Positions 24,001 to 38,200 of a DNA stretch of 64,000 bases are shown here, one piece after another (the first letter of the stretch is position 1; the number at the start of each line of letters is the position of its first letter). Source of the stretch: Acanthaster planci (Eukaryota); the NCBI RefSeq assembly GCF_001949145.1, contig NW_019091356.1, forward strand, positions 1,615,667-1,679,666. Direction: 5' to 3'. The position numbers were made by a program, and so were the translations under genes. The notes beneath the pieces are model-generated. The model was not told where the DNA came from. It searched no databases and worked only from the letters and a program-made list of their open reading frames with translations.

Positions 24001-27000
24001 TGCGCACAAGCCAACTCATGTTTACGATTCGTGGAGGACAGGAATAGGTAAATCAGGCAGAATGATGCAAGAAAGAGCCTCCAAGACACCTGAGACGTCG
24101 GACGTACTGACATAAACCGTGACAAATAGCCTACCAACGCTAGAAATTCACCCAGTACAGTTTGTCAGTCTCGCAAGGAAAAAAACAGATGTATCATTAT
24201 GAAAATACTTGCAGATTTAGTCCGTGGGACGCGGACAGTATTGCCCCACGTACAGAGACGACCAAAAACGGATCGATACCGACCGAAGCCCGGGCGCATT
24301 TATGTGGTAAATCTGCGCTGGTGCGAATCGATCGGGACTCGTCAACTGAGTGGATTATAAACTTTTTCTAGGGGTATGTGACCGAAGTGCGGGATGCCCC
24401 ACCCCACGCGTTTCCCCCTCCGATTTCGTGCATGGGCGGCAACCTTGGCCACGAAGGAGGGGGGTGCCTTCATCGTGTTCATTGATAAGTTTTGCCTTTT
24501 ATTTAGAGGTCACTGAAAACGAAATCTCCCACCCTACTCAATGCAGTGTTAATGTAGACCTCACTATTGGCAGAATAATACGAAGCTGTATCAGAAACAT
24601 GTTTGAAAAAATTCCCTTTCATCCTTGAGCTAACTCGTACGTACGACGTTTACACCTTGTACGTACGAGCTATGATAGCAGATCTCGCAATTATGTTCAA
24701 ATTCATGTTCGTAAGTCATAAGTTAGCTGAAGGGGAGAGCATGACATTTTCCCGGTCAAATCTCAGAAAAGCTTCGTAGAAACGTAGATATTTGATTCGG
24801 TGTCTGCATAATCTTTCTCCCATCTTACGTTCATTGGGACTGCGTCAAACCACAGCATTCATCGTATAACTTTGTACGGGCCCAAATTTCTCCACAGAAA
24901 TACTTCACCTTTCTCGATCTATCGCCTTTAACTGTTTGTAGAATGATACAATTAACCTCTTTAAAACCAAGCAAATCTATACATGTACTTGGGGGTAATA
25001 CTTGAAAGTAGATGAACTGGTGAACTGAACTGAAGATGAACACAGAGTTAAGTTATTGTGCATAATGGTAATTCACTCACTCCAACACGTCTAGTGGCAA
25101 TGAACAGCCGCTTTCTTCTTGCCTCACTGCGCATCAAACTCGGCAGGATTTAAGTAGGGCTTAGGTAATGTGACTTTTAATGAAATTCTTGTAATTATTC
25201 CTTTGTGTCCCATTTCACCTGATTTTCAATTTTAATTGCGCCATATTAAGAGCAGTTTGCTGCCTTTTATGGTTTCTTTGCATGTGCAAATGGGTATATA
25301 TCTACTTCTGCACTAAAGTTTGACAAATGTTGGATAGTTTGCTGTCGTTATTTTTTTCCTGCTTCGGGGTGTCGTTGTTTCAGTTCATGACGTAAGGCCA
25401 GTGAGCAACGTTTTCTCACAAAATGTCACATGTTGTTGCGTCGTCAGTGACGAAATTGTCTCTGACAAGACAGTTACCATGGTTCCAACTTCAATTAGTA
25501 TGTAACAGTCTCTGGCCTATTAGCATAGGAGGAAACACCGTATCTTCGAACACAAATCCCACACAAATATCTATTAATTTAAGTATATTTACCCAGATTT
25601 CTGGACGAGATTCCAATTGGTTTTTATCCATGTAGCCTTTTCCATATTGTTAAATTATATAACAAGGTAAAGTATCCTTATATTACTTCAAAATCCTATA
25701 AATATTAATTTATAAAGGATTTTTAAGCAGATGAACCTGTAGTCAGTTACTGCAAAGTTCACGGTAAAACTTCGATGACTGCTAAACCCACTTCGAAATT
25801 TCTGTACCCATTTAAGGTTACTATTATTTTCAGCTATAAACAACAAAACAATTACGAGTCATTACGCAGTAGCATTTGTCATGTTTCCAGCTCTTGTGTC
25901 AGTTTTGTAGCAGTTAACGCCAGTGGGCTTCCAGGAGTTGTTGTGGGTGTTAATTCATTTCAGAAAACAAACAAACAAATAAAAAATCTCGGAGGAGAGG
26001 GAGGCTAAATCCCTCAAGCAACCCCCCCCCTTGCGCCACTGATTCAAGCTATCTTGTCACAAACACGGTTTTTCTCCTCAGAATGACGGATTTTATTCTG
26101 TCATTCCGTCAAACCATGCTAAGTGTTTACGACAAGATTTTGTTTCCGGGGAGGCGTCTACGTTATGACCATCAGGAATTTCGAGATCACCAGGCACCTA
26201 CAACCACAAATACAATCTTCGCCCTGTTAAGCAATTACCAACCGTCGATGTTAGATCTAACAGCGCCCGGGGTTTGCTTTCAAATCTCCAATCTCTTCCA
26301 ATCTGCCACTCTGTTCCCCGTAACGCCGCCATATCCCTGGAACATTCATAAAATTGACTTTAACGACCGCAACTGACTGCAATAAAATACTTTAAACATT
26401 TACAAAATCCAAGCACCAGACACTGTCTGGTACAAATAGCAAGCAGGGATTAGTAGTTACTAAACTAACTGCCGAAATAATATTCTAATTAAGGTTAAGT
26501 AGAAGCATACGAATTACGGAAGCCCGTATTTGCCAGCGAGCACCCATTGACAAAAATGAAGTACACATTTCGATGGACTATGAAGAAGACAGTGAGAAAC
26601 AAAGAGAGTCAAATTTGGCCACTCACTTGTCATTCATATCAAATTTTGGGAATTTGGGTCAAGTGGGCGAATTCTTATTGGAGTGTAAACCAACGCCAAA
26701 AGTAAGTCGTATTACCAGGGAAGTACCACGGGTGCTCATGCACGCAGGCTACCAGTACCCAGTACCAGTACCCAAGTCACGTTGACAGCGTTTTTCTCGT
26801 ACGGCATATTAATATAATTATACATCATGCATGATATCAATATCTGTAATCGTTATAATTGTTAGTATTTTTTACCCGTGGCGGCCGCCACAGGCAAACA
26901 TGGATGGGCTAGAGCCAAGAGTATTTATAAAAACCATCCAGAAAGTATATACACGTAAGCTTAAGAACACGTGGCTTTTTCACAAGACCACTTCAAACCA

Positions 27001-28649
27001 AAAAGCCGGTGGTGAAATATTACAACGATAATGATAGAAGCACAATGACGACGACACGGTGACGACCGATGATGACGACGGAGCGACGAGGACATTTCCA
27101 GTTATTGCCGTGAGAAACACATCGAATTGGCACCATCACTCCCTGCATGAGATCTTGGTGAGCGCAGATGTAGCATTAAGCACGCTGTATTGTTGCATTA
27201 TTGGGCTGCATTCGAGTCCACCGAGTTCGCACTGTTTACTCTCTGTTTTCATTCCATCATTACCATGAATCGATTACCACACACTCTGAGGAGAATCTTG
27301 CCCCGGACTTGACTCTAATCAGTCGATTCACAGTAGACTCGAGTCAGCAACTTCAGGAAAAAAAGATCACGATTTTCTGCTTACTGCCAGCGACACTCGG
27401 GAAAAACAGCTTTAACAATTGCCACATTTTACAATACATTTCAATGCGAGATTTTGTTCTAACCGTAAAACCTTTCGGTGCCAGAAACTGACCTTTGTCA
27501 TTTTTTTGAAAATCTGAAGATATTAGTCATGATCGTGATGGAGCTTTATTATCTACGAATCTTGAATTGACAGCTGGCCAGATTTTATCCTTTTTAATTT
27601 TCATACTAGGAATATCTGCCTTTCAAGGAGTCGACCTTCATTTTTAGAGAGATTATATTTCACTTGTTAAAACGCCCTTTGTTTATATGGACGAAGTGGA
27701 TTTAATTAATGCAGAGTACTACAGAATTCTGAGGTTAAAGATTTAGTCTGACTTTGTCCTTTCTCCCTGCAGAACACAAACGAGTAACAAGAGAAAAATT
27801 ACCTAATTTCTAAATCAATACCTATTTGAAAATTATTCTGGAGTAAAACTGTGCATTAAAATCTCTTTTCTTGCATATTTAAAGAAAAGAAATAATAAGG
27901 ATTTTATTTAATTAAATTAACAAGTCAGATGTAGTCAACATCTGTGTGTATAGCTTCTTTTTCCGGTTAATGCTGGATACCATGAAGAAATAATACAGCA
28001 CTTGTCACAAAACTTTTGGTGTTTTTTTTACAAATCAACAGCTGCTCACATTTTGCAGCAAAAAACACACCTTACAATCGTTAACATGATGAACTATCAG
28101 AAATTGGCTTTTGATGACGTTGTTTGAAAATGTAAACAAGTGAACTTCCATGCATAAGTAATTACCAATTTTCATGTTTGGCATACTTTTGAACCCATTT
28201 TGGCCCATTACGTATCGGTTCGAATTTGTCAGGTTTTTGTTAAATTTTTGTAAGGCCACGCGGTACTTAAATCTCAAGTTTGTCTATAATAGGTACAGGT
28301 CACTTCGTGGGGCCAGCAACGATTTGACATCTTTCCAGGGGTAGGTACAGGCCTAGGTTAAGGGAAAAAAAGGACACAAACAAAAAAATTAAACAAGCGT
28401 TTAAACCGCTTCAGGTGGACTTTTGAAGATGACGTTTGCTTTGTAATTTTATTTTGCTTTCCAAACGCACATCTGCTGTTTAGCTCCAACTATTTTGGTA
28501 CTTGTGGGCCCTCCTGATGGTGTGTCATTGTAGGGCAAGCAATGAACTATGTATCTATCAGAGCAAAGCCAGTATAGGCTCCACCGCGAATTTCATGCCT
28601 CCATTTGATCAGACATGCCACAAACCTCGTTTTTATCACCCAACCTGCG

Positions 28650-28670
28650 CATTGCTGACCAATCAGAGGG
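28650..28670 (+). promoter_or_regulatory. NF-Y-type CCAAT box upstream of GAD
   Basis: gctgaccaatcagag, an extended NF-Y consensus, about 600 bp upstream of the GAD ATG in a CpG-rich stretch. Confidence 0.4.
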
Positions 28671-29274
28671 CCGTATGCCCACGGATTCAATTATCGGCTT
28701 GGACGGATCTGTCGGGAGCTGATTTTCATGGGCGAGCGCATCGCGAACGGTCGTAATGACAAGGACGTGGTAAACCGCGCAGAAACAGGTGTGCGGCTGG
28801 CAGAGGGGGCAGATAACTATACTGCCTCACACATCGGGCGTAAAGAAACCACCATTCAGAGGGAAATCAAAATCGCTCAGAACGGTTCTACGAGAAACTT
28901 TGAAGCCCTTGAAAACTGTTCGATGTGCCACTTTGGAACAAGAAATCCCATTCTACATATCTACAACGCTGACACAGATTTGACTAGTCTTCGAGGCTAG
29001 TATCACACTTGCTGGATTCGACAAAGTGAACGAGTTATGAATGCAACATCTTTGAGGCGGCCGGGGAAGCCTATCGAGAGTCTTAACAGAGAAATTGCCG
29101 AACACTCCACCAGTGAACAGATAAACGTGTGGAACCCAAAGATTCGCTGACGACGTCTTGACGTTTTTGCCTCAACACCCGTCAGACGAGACTGTAAGTA
29201 GACGTGATTCTTCCACGACCCCTTGTCCTGCAGTCCACGCACGCCGTCATCTCGGTACTTAATCCAGCGGAAAC

Positions 29275-32200
29275 ATGATCAGTGATACCAACCTCATCGG
29301 AACGGTCTCGGAGGAGTCAGAATTCCTCCAGGTGGAGAACAACCCGGAGGATGCAGAGAATCAAGACGCGTCCGAGGACCGGACGACCACCGGCAACTGC
29401 CACCCCAACCAGGCGAAGAATGCAGCCAATCCGCCGGCGCCCAGACGTCGTGTCATCGGGGACCGGCCACGGCTGGTGGATCGCACAGTCAGTGAGGGCC
29501 AACTCCTGGTGCCCAAGAAGAACCAGAGACAACACGAAGATGATGATCAGCCAGACTTCTTCGAATTCCGAGCCAAAGGTACTTAGCAGTTTTCTTATCT
29601 CTAAACTCATTTCGTCGTTTAAGACAAGCATGTTGCAGAAAAAAAAGTTGTTTTTTTTTACAATACAAAAACCAGCGTTTTGTTGTATGCAGCCGTTGCA
29701 AAATACGCTAACTGCATTAAATTTGTCCTGAAACGAATTTTTAAAATTCATTTCCCCCACTTACCCTAAGATGTTTATTGGCAACACTTTGCATGTTAAC
29801 GGGACTATTATAAATATGTCACGTGAGAAAGAAAACTTCAGGCTTTCCATGAATGTTGCGAATCGATTGTAAAAAAAGACAGAAAGCACAACAGGTTCCT
29901 TTACGCCATAAAAAGAAATCTGAAAGCCACGATAAATGCCACAAACGTCCAACTTTTCAGCTACAAACTTACAGTTCTTTATGCAATCGAAGTAGCCATA
30001 TCATTTTATGCGGTAGACAGTATTTCCCGACAAAATGACACACCGACTGGATTTCTCACTACCAAAGACAATGTTGGCAAAAGCGCAACAATGTTTTGTT
30101 TTCTTTGTGTGTGTGTGTGGGGGGGGGAGAGTCGATTATTAAAACATCACATGGATGGAGATGTACTTCGCAAGGTCACCCAGCCAAGATATGTTCCTTA
30201 CAACAGACATGCAATGGCACCCTCATTAAGTGCACTGCATTAGTTACGAATGTTGAAAGAAATAAAAGAAAACCTTGTGCAGATATGTTTTGCAAAAAAA
30301 CCTCTAAAATCTCATTTTCAAGTTTTCCATTTCCCTGCCGTCTCATTTTCCCGCTTCCCAACCCCCCTTTTTTGCTACAGACAACGTAATGAAAACGTAT
30401 TGGTTGCAGCAAACCTTCATGAGTTGGTGGGCCTTGCGAAGTGCCCCATTCGCCGCAGGTAGGAACAGTTTATATCTGGCTGAAAAAAGAACAAAAACAA
30501 GGCATACAAATAGTCGAATCATTTCGCAAGCAAAGAAAAGTAAAAAAAAAGAAAAGAAAAAGAAACTTTCCGAAACTCGGGAATCTAATCTCCATTTCAG
30601 AAAGGCTGAGGAGCCGCAGACGCTTTGAAAAGAAAATCCGAAATGCAGATACATAAACCGATGCAGCTTGGTGAGAACGACTGACTTGCGGTGCATGCGA
30701 AGAAAGATACGGGCCTAATGTACACTTACAGTGCGGACGAAACCAAATAATGAAAACGACGAGAGCTTGGACATAACCAAATAACCTATCATGTCAAACA
30801 CGGTTGTGCCGACGGTGCGCTGCCACGGAGAACGTTTTGCCAGCTGCAGTTACATAAAACGGCACCCCCGGCGTTCGAACCCACACAATAATTTCACTAA
30901 CAACCGCCGGGTATTTGGAAACCCTACAAAGACGCTTTGAAATTTGGCGCGAAATATCATCTTCATTTCAACTCTTGGAGCTTCGCTTCACTTGTAACGG
31001 ACGCAGACTGCATCCCTGAAATTACGGCCTCCAGTTATCAATCGCCAGACAGTAAAGTACGCGGCGCTGTTTGCTTAAACCTGCTTCTGTTTACCTTCAA
31101 ATCATACCCCGGATACCCACTTCAAGCATACACTATGCCATGCGCGCACAAACCCCCATCCCTCCTTGCAACACCCTGTGACCACTCTGCCATAATTCGA
31201 TTCTCTGCCATTAAACTACCCGTATTTGTACAACTGTGATAGCCCCCCCCCTTCGTGCTCCATGTCTAATCTGCATCGATTCGATCTTATGAAAATGTTT
31301 TGCGGAATTTAATGATGAACAGACAGCGGTACCGGCAGGCCGATTACGGCAGGCGGCGTGAGTCCTCCGCGGTTGAATGGTCGCTAATACGTTGTGGCGA
31401 GAAATTGCCAGTTTTCGTTCCTGGCAACGACTGGGCAATGTGTAATGATTCCAACTACAAGGTTTGAAGCAAAGTTTTTTTTTGTTTCCTGAGTTGCCGG
31501 CAAAAATGATTTGTCCCGCTGGCTTGACAAAGCCCCAGCCCCCCCACATTTCCATGAATCTGAACTTGACATTTCTATACTGTACTGTCGACATTTTTTC
31601 GACTAAAGTCTTCATTTTTCAGAATCGTGTTGTCCATTCTGTTGACACACGAACATCCCACGGGGGTAGCCATTTTCGGGGGGGGGGAATTCATGCTCTT
31701 TACCGAGATATTTTTCTTCCAACTTACAAAGAATCGGGGTCTTTCAGGGCTGCCTCTACAACCAAACTTAATATCAGGTGAGCTGCAGCGAGTACATTAT
31801 GATGTAAGTCAATTTAAAACACCTTGCAGATTGAAGATTGAAGACGGCCGCTGTGCTCAGTGATATCAACTCACGATGTACACCGGTTACCCGGTTCAGA
31901 CTGGCACGGCAGAGTCGCGCCCAACCAAACACTGAGCATTACCAGTGACTTGAGTCGATCCAGATAGGTGTCAGTTCGAGACAGTCAAACTTAATTCAGG
32001 CCGCGCATACTAGCACAAGACATAGAAATACACACACAAACCTCGCTTCTTGGTGAGCTATTTCTGGTTATAATTTCAGTTCGTATAATATTTACATGAA
32101 ACAAAATACTTTTCCATAGGCCTAGTATTATGAAAAACAACAGTTCACGTCTAAAAATGAAATCAAGCAAGCAAGACAAAAATCATGTATTGATAGAACG

Positions 32201-35200
32201 AGTCGTGGCATGAATAATGGATAACTTTTTATTTTATAATATGCACGAAATAAACATGACAGCCGGTGAGCAAATCTAAAGCCGTGTCGCTGAAATAACG
32301 CATAGTACTATGGACAAAAAGGTCAGGACCTAAGCCGCGTAAAGCATCATGACATTTATCTCTTGTGTGGTTCCAACTGTGACCAGGTCGACAAACTACT
32401 TGAAAATATACCAGTAAATTTTCGTTTGTGTCACAGAATTCCAATGAAATCGTACATGTATTTTCATCAGCTGCATTGGTTACAGGACCAACATACATTT
32501 ACGTCTGTCGACACATCCGAATCACCAGGGCTGTCGCAGGACTGTGAGATTCTCGAGGTCCCATTTACTGAGGACACCATAAATATTGAAATTTGCATTG
32601 AGTTCTGCTGATTCAAAAATAGAGTGACATGTGAAACCAAGGAGTTCCAAAGTCGTTCCGAACGACGGCAAAAGTCGATCTTTCGACGCCATGCGCGTGT
32701 TTGTCGCTTAACCGTTTCATTCGTCGAAATTCTCGTGTACTTCCAAATTAAATCTCATGCACGTGGTTTGGCGCGACTTCGGTGCGCCAATCAGTCACTA
32801 ACCGGGTGTAATTCATTGCAATAAACCAAACGAGGCAGTACGTATCGGGTATCGTTTCATGTAACCATGCATCTTTACGAGTGCAATCACAATTTTTTCT
32901 TCGCATTTAATTTTTTCTGACCAGAGTAAAAAGGAGACCGTGAAACAAAAAGAGACACTGAGAAGGTTACGTCCCGACCAGACGGCTGTTACCTTTATTT
33001 CACATCATACCAACCACTCGAGAAACACTTAAGAAGAAAAAAAATCACCCTCAAGCCGACGCGATACTACCCTGAAGATACCAGACCTTCTTTTGGGCCC
33101 AATCAAAACAGTAGGCCTCAAAATATTTCCTATGCTTAACGACATATTGACATATCTCTTCTCTAGATCTCCTGCCCTGCAAAGGGAGCACAGGCCTGAC
33201 CACCAAGTTCTTGAAGGAGGTGACAGAGGTCATTTTGGAGTACGTCCAGGCGACCTTCGATCGTTCCAGCAAGATTCTGGAGTTCCATCATCCCAACGAA
33301 CTCAGGGAGCGACTGCACCTGGAGATTCCCGACAAGGCCGAGAACTTAGATCAGATCCTTCAGGATTGTCAGAACACGCTCAAGTACTGCGTCCACACTG
33401 GTAATTGAGTGCAACCGCGCTCCTCAAAAGCTTTCCAAATTTGTCGCTTCACCATGCATTGACCTCAGATGAAACCACAAACGATAGTTTTGCTGGTAGA
33501 TATTTGTTGGTGGGTTGAGGAAGGGTAAGCAACCGTTTCCTTCACTCATCTCACCCCAAAGCTATTATTTACAGCTGTGTGTTATAAATCCGTTCCACAG
33601 GTCACCCGCGATTTTTCAACCAGTTATCCACGGGACTTGACATTATTTCTTTAGCGGGAGAATGGCTCTCTGCAGCGGCTAATACCAACATGTAAGTATT
33701 CTCGAAATCCAAAGTATCAACGCATTCTAAACAAATCCTATCCGTAAATAAGACAAACGATTCTCGTACAGCGCACTCTGTCTCACTATTTGGAAGCGAA
33801 TCTCGCCACGCGAGCTTCGCCTCTTTACAACTGCTCCCCTCAGTCTTTGCAATACGGCGAAGGCTGCAGTCGCAAAGTGGTGTATCTGGCACAAACAAAA
33901 CCCGAATTGTATTTTGTTTTGGTCAGGTTTACGTACGAGATTGCACCGGTGTTCACGTTGATGGAGCGGGCCATCCTAAAGAAGATGCGAGAGATCATAG
34001 GGTACAAAGACGGCGACGGTATTTTCGCTCCCGGTAAGATGGAGGCGCTCCACTCTCCTGCGTTGCTGTGGGGAAAATGGGGAACCTCAGAGCTTTAAAA
34101 AGTGTCAGCAGACAGATCAACCACGTGACTCTGGGAAAGCGCATATGGCTTTAACATGGTGGGAGAAATTAACAGATTTAAAAGCTAAAAGTCTTCCTTT
34201 CGGGGTGAATTTCAAAACTAGTTCTCCAGAGAGTCTTTGCCATACCAAAAGTGACATTTCCAACTTCCATGAGAAATCATTTTTGGTCTCAGCAAACTTT
34301 GTTCCTTTCAACAATGCAGTGTGAAAGAGCGGCCATACCGAAGCACCATGGCCAAAATGCATTCACACTAACTAATTAGCAAGGAACAAAATAGTAAAAA
34401 AAATCAAGTGACACAATATTCTGAAGAAAACCGATAACCTCATATATTCTCATCGATGTTCTTTCATCACAGGTGGCGCTGTTTCTAATTTATATGCTGT
34501 GCTGTGTGCTCGGCATAAATACGTCCCGTCCTGCAAACGGAGAGGCCTGAGTGGGGCGCCAAACCTAGTGCTCTTTACGTCAGAACATGTAAGTTGTCTC
34601 ATTCAAATGGTACCAATCGAATCATTCGCCCACTTCATGCTATCTTAAATAACCGTCGTAACAATTCTTAAACCTGAGCCTCTCTAAGTAATATACCAAC
34701 CTTTAGACCAACCTGCCCATTACATCCCTTAGTTTGCATAGACTGGACACGTTTGTAGAATTTTTCGGGGGGCGGGGACAACTAACGAGGGGAATGCCCC
34801 TTCTGACGAGATCGAGTCACAGCGTAAACACCATAACAATTAAGCTGACTCGTCACGGACTGGTTGTAATCAAAGCATAGTCGGAATGCGAATTTACGCT
34901 GTTACACCCATGCTGTGGTCTCAGGAATCACTTTGTATGGAGTGTGGTGGACTGGGAACATTGATTTATCTTGACACGACAATACTCATCTAAAAACAAT
35001 GGCCCATTCCAAGCGCCCATTTAAACGGAAGTCCCATAAAACTAATGTTTCACAAAAGAAGTATGCAGACGAACAGTCGATGCAAGTCTACTCGGTTCAA
35101 TGTATAAAATCGGCGTGCATTTTGACGAAATAATTATAAACCCCAAAACTTATGATACGGTAAGACTACATTCTGTGGGCCTACATCATGGATGAAAATT

Positions 35201-38200
35201 GTTATAAGGGGGAGGGTGACAGACCTATACCTACGATATTAAGAGAGTTATACTTGGTCATATACGGTACATGCGCGGAACTAGAGTTACTTAGGCTAAA
35301 TCAGCCACAACCGTGACACTCAGCATTTCCGTTTAGATTGTGTGTTTGTTTTCCTTTATATTCAATTTCAACATCAGGTACACATGAATGTCAGGGGTCG
35401 AATTTCACACCTCAAAATGGAGAGGCATAAAAAACATGTGTTGGTGCAGTCGAATTTAAATAAACAGGTTCCCGTCCAGTTTAAGGATTATTTCTGAATT
35501 TTTTTTATGATGAGCCATAAAAATTCATTCTGTGTGGTCGACGGCGTGTTAACGGAAACCCACGAGCGTCGAATGCGCATCTGAATGGGGCGTTTTCTAC
35601 AGAAACTGTTGCCCTTTACCAATTTTTCGTATTATTATTGTTATTATTAATGTGTGGCCTACCGCTGTCATTACCTCTTTTGCGAAACATTCTCAGTTTA
35701 ACCAATTTTTATCTAGTTTCGAAGATCATACTTCCAAGTATTCAGCACAAAATTTATAAGCGAAGGCTATGTGATAAAAGCCAATATTGAAACTGGCACT
35801 TCTATAACCAGACGGACACAGTTGCAACCACACCGTGATTACTGAAACAGGCAAACACACAAAACGTAAAAAGCAAGTTTGTCCCCTCATCATACTGAGC
35901 AGAAGTTAGCCACGGGCAGGTCGGACTGCGCCACTCTGCCCAAATAGCAGCGTGGAAGGAGACAGGTAATTTCTGCTTTTGCTCCAAAACGGAAAAACCT
36001 CGACTGTCGATTCGGTTTCATTTGTCCTAAGTTTTTTTCCTGTTTTTAAGAAGAAAACTGTTTGACAGAGATATTTTGAAACATGTAAACAAATAAATTG
36101 ACCAAAGGAAGGGAATATGCTTTCTGTCTTCGGCCGAGGAGGGTAAGTAGATTGGGTACTAAATCATTTGCAGTGATTTAAGTCATGTTATTTTTTCCAT
36201 TTAAAAAAATACATATTGCATATAATAGCTCATTGCTAGATGAACGAATCAGGCACACCTTTTTAAAGATAGCGATATAGGCCTATGTGATTTAAGAAAA
36301 GCCAAATTTCCTCGTTTTTTTCGTCGACCACAAACGCAGTAAATTCAACACGGCGAACATTCCATGAACCCAGTACGAAGCCTACATGAACATATATGTA
36401 CATGTACAATGAACCAAGCCAACAGCAGACTTTGCTTGACGCTTCGTAATATGGAAATAGAACGCCTTGTGTGGAGACTAGTGTGTCAAGGTTCAAACGA
36501 TAAGTGCACATTGTCGCTACCGATGAGTGCAAGTCAGGTCGAAATTACTCTACATGAATATGAATATGCATAACCCAAGAGTATCAGCATTTGACCAAAA
36601 TATCGCAGCAGTAGAAAGGTATTAGTGCATTAATAAATACTAGAGTTTCGTTTTTGCCTTCCTTTAATCTGGTTCAAAACATCTTTGCATACCTTTGTCG
36701 ATTTCAAGGCTAAAAGCTTTCAGTGAACTCGTTGCTTCAAACAATGCGAGGAAAGAAAATGGCCCACCATGAATTGATACTCGCAAACCGAGTCGTGGAT
36801 AAATTCTACGTAGGTTCACTTCCATGATTAACGGGGGTCTGTGTATGCCTCTTGTCGTGGTCGTCAGTTCACCATGAGCTTGAAGATCACTGCAATAGGT
36901 ATACGCGAGACTCCTCCGTTTACCAATCCCTCCCACTTTTGCTTTGCTCAGCTATTGTTATCGCATTTCAGTGGAACGATTGTACCGAGTCCTAAATTCT
37001 AGATAAATAAGGCTCACGTGTCTCGTAGGTATGGCAGGCTAAACGAGACGTGAGTTTTGTTTCACGCGAATCCAGCTAGGGATCAGCAATCCGCATCCGA
37101 GTCGGTTCACTGCCAGGACTTCATCAAAAGAGCGAACCAGCGGTGGATTGCTCAGTGCTCAAGATCGAGATTCGCGGGAAACCGTGACAAACACAGGCCG
37201 TGGTGGGGGACGGGTGCGCCGTTACGGCAAATGACTGCTGTATCAAAGTTCAACAGGATGTTTTCATTATCATTTTGTACAGCGAGCAGAGTCAAAGATC
37301 TTATGAATGTGGATGTGAATGTTTGAAAATCATCTGTGACAAAAAGGGTAGAAGTAGGATAGTTTTTTGTCCCAAAATATATCCCAGCGTTTCTTATGCC
37401 GCCATTTCAATAAAAGGGGAATACATTTCAGCATTCTTTCGCGAATCCAAGACTGATTTTGTTTCGTTGATCTCGCCACTTCAAGCAACCCAGACATATT
37501 CAGTGACATTATGACCACACTGTGAACAGAGGTCATGCAAATGCAACGGTGCATAAATATCAGGTGCGATTCAAACCAAAGCGAGAGGATCGTCTAAACA
37601 CTCTGGTGTTCTTCACCGTCATTCGGTCCCAGGTGCCGATGACTCGACTGAACATGTTCAGCCACGACATGCTGAGCCCGAATGCCGATGGTAAGAGAGT
37701 CTAGCTTCCACCGCATTTTGTTTTTACTCCATGTTATCCATGGGCGTAAATCCCAGGGGACGGGGGACATACCCCAACACTTCTTGGGGTGGGGGATGGG
37801 CTATTGAATCATCCCTCACAACACTTCTTCGTGGAGAGCAAACAACTAAAGGGGACTGTGAAGAATTTTTCAGACTCCCAAGGACTGAAAATGCGAAAAC
37901 AATTTGAAAAAGCCATAAATATATGCCATTCTGAACACATATTACAGATGTACATCAATATCATGAACATCGACCTCCATAAGGAGTCAGATGGTGCCAC
38001 CCCCTCGCTTTTCAAATTTTTATGGCTGGGCAAGTCATTCCTCATTCCACCAACCTTTCCCCATCCCCCAATTTCCAAATAAATTTACGCAACTTTTACC
38101 AATCCATAATCATTGTTTCACGTCAGTGCCCACGAGCACCAAGTTGGAAATAGGATACTAGTCGCATTTCCAGCAGCATCCGTCGGCGGCTAATTGGCAA

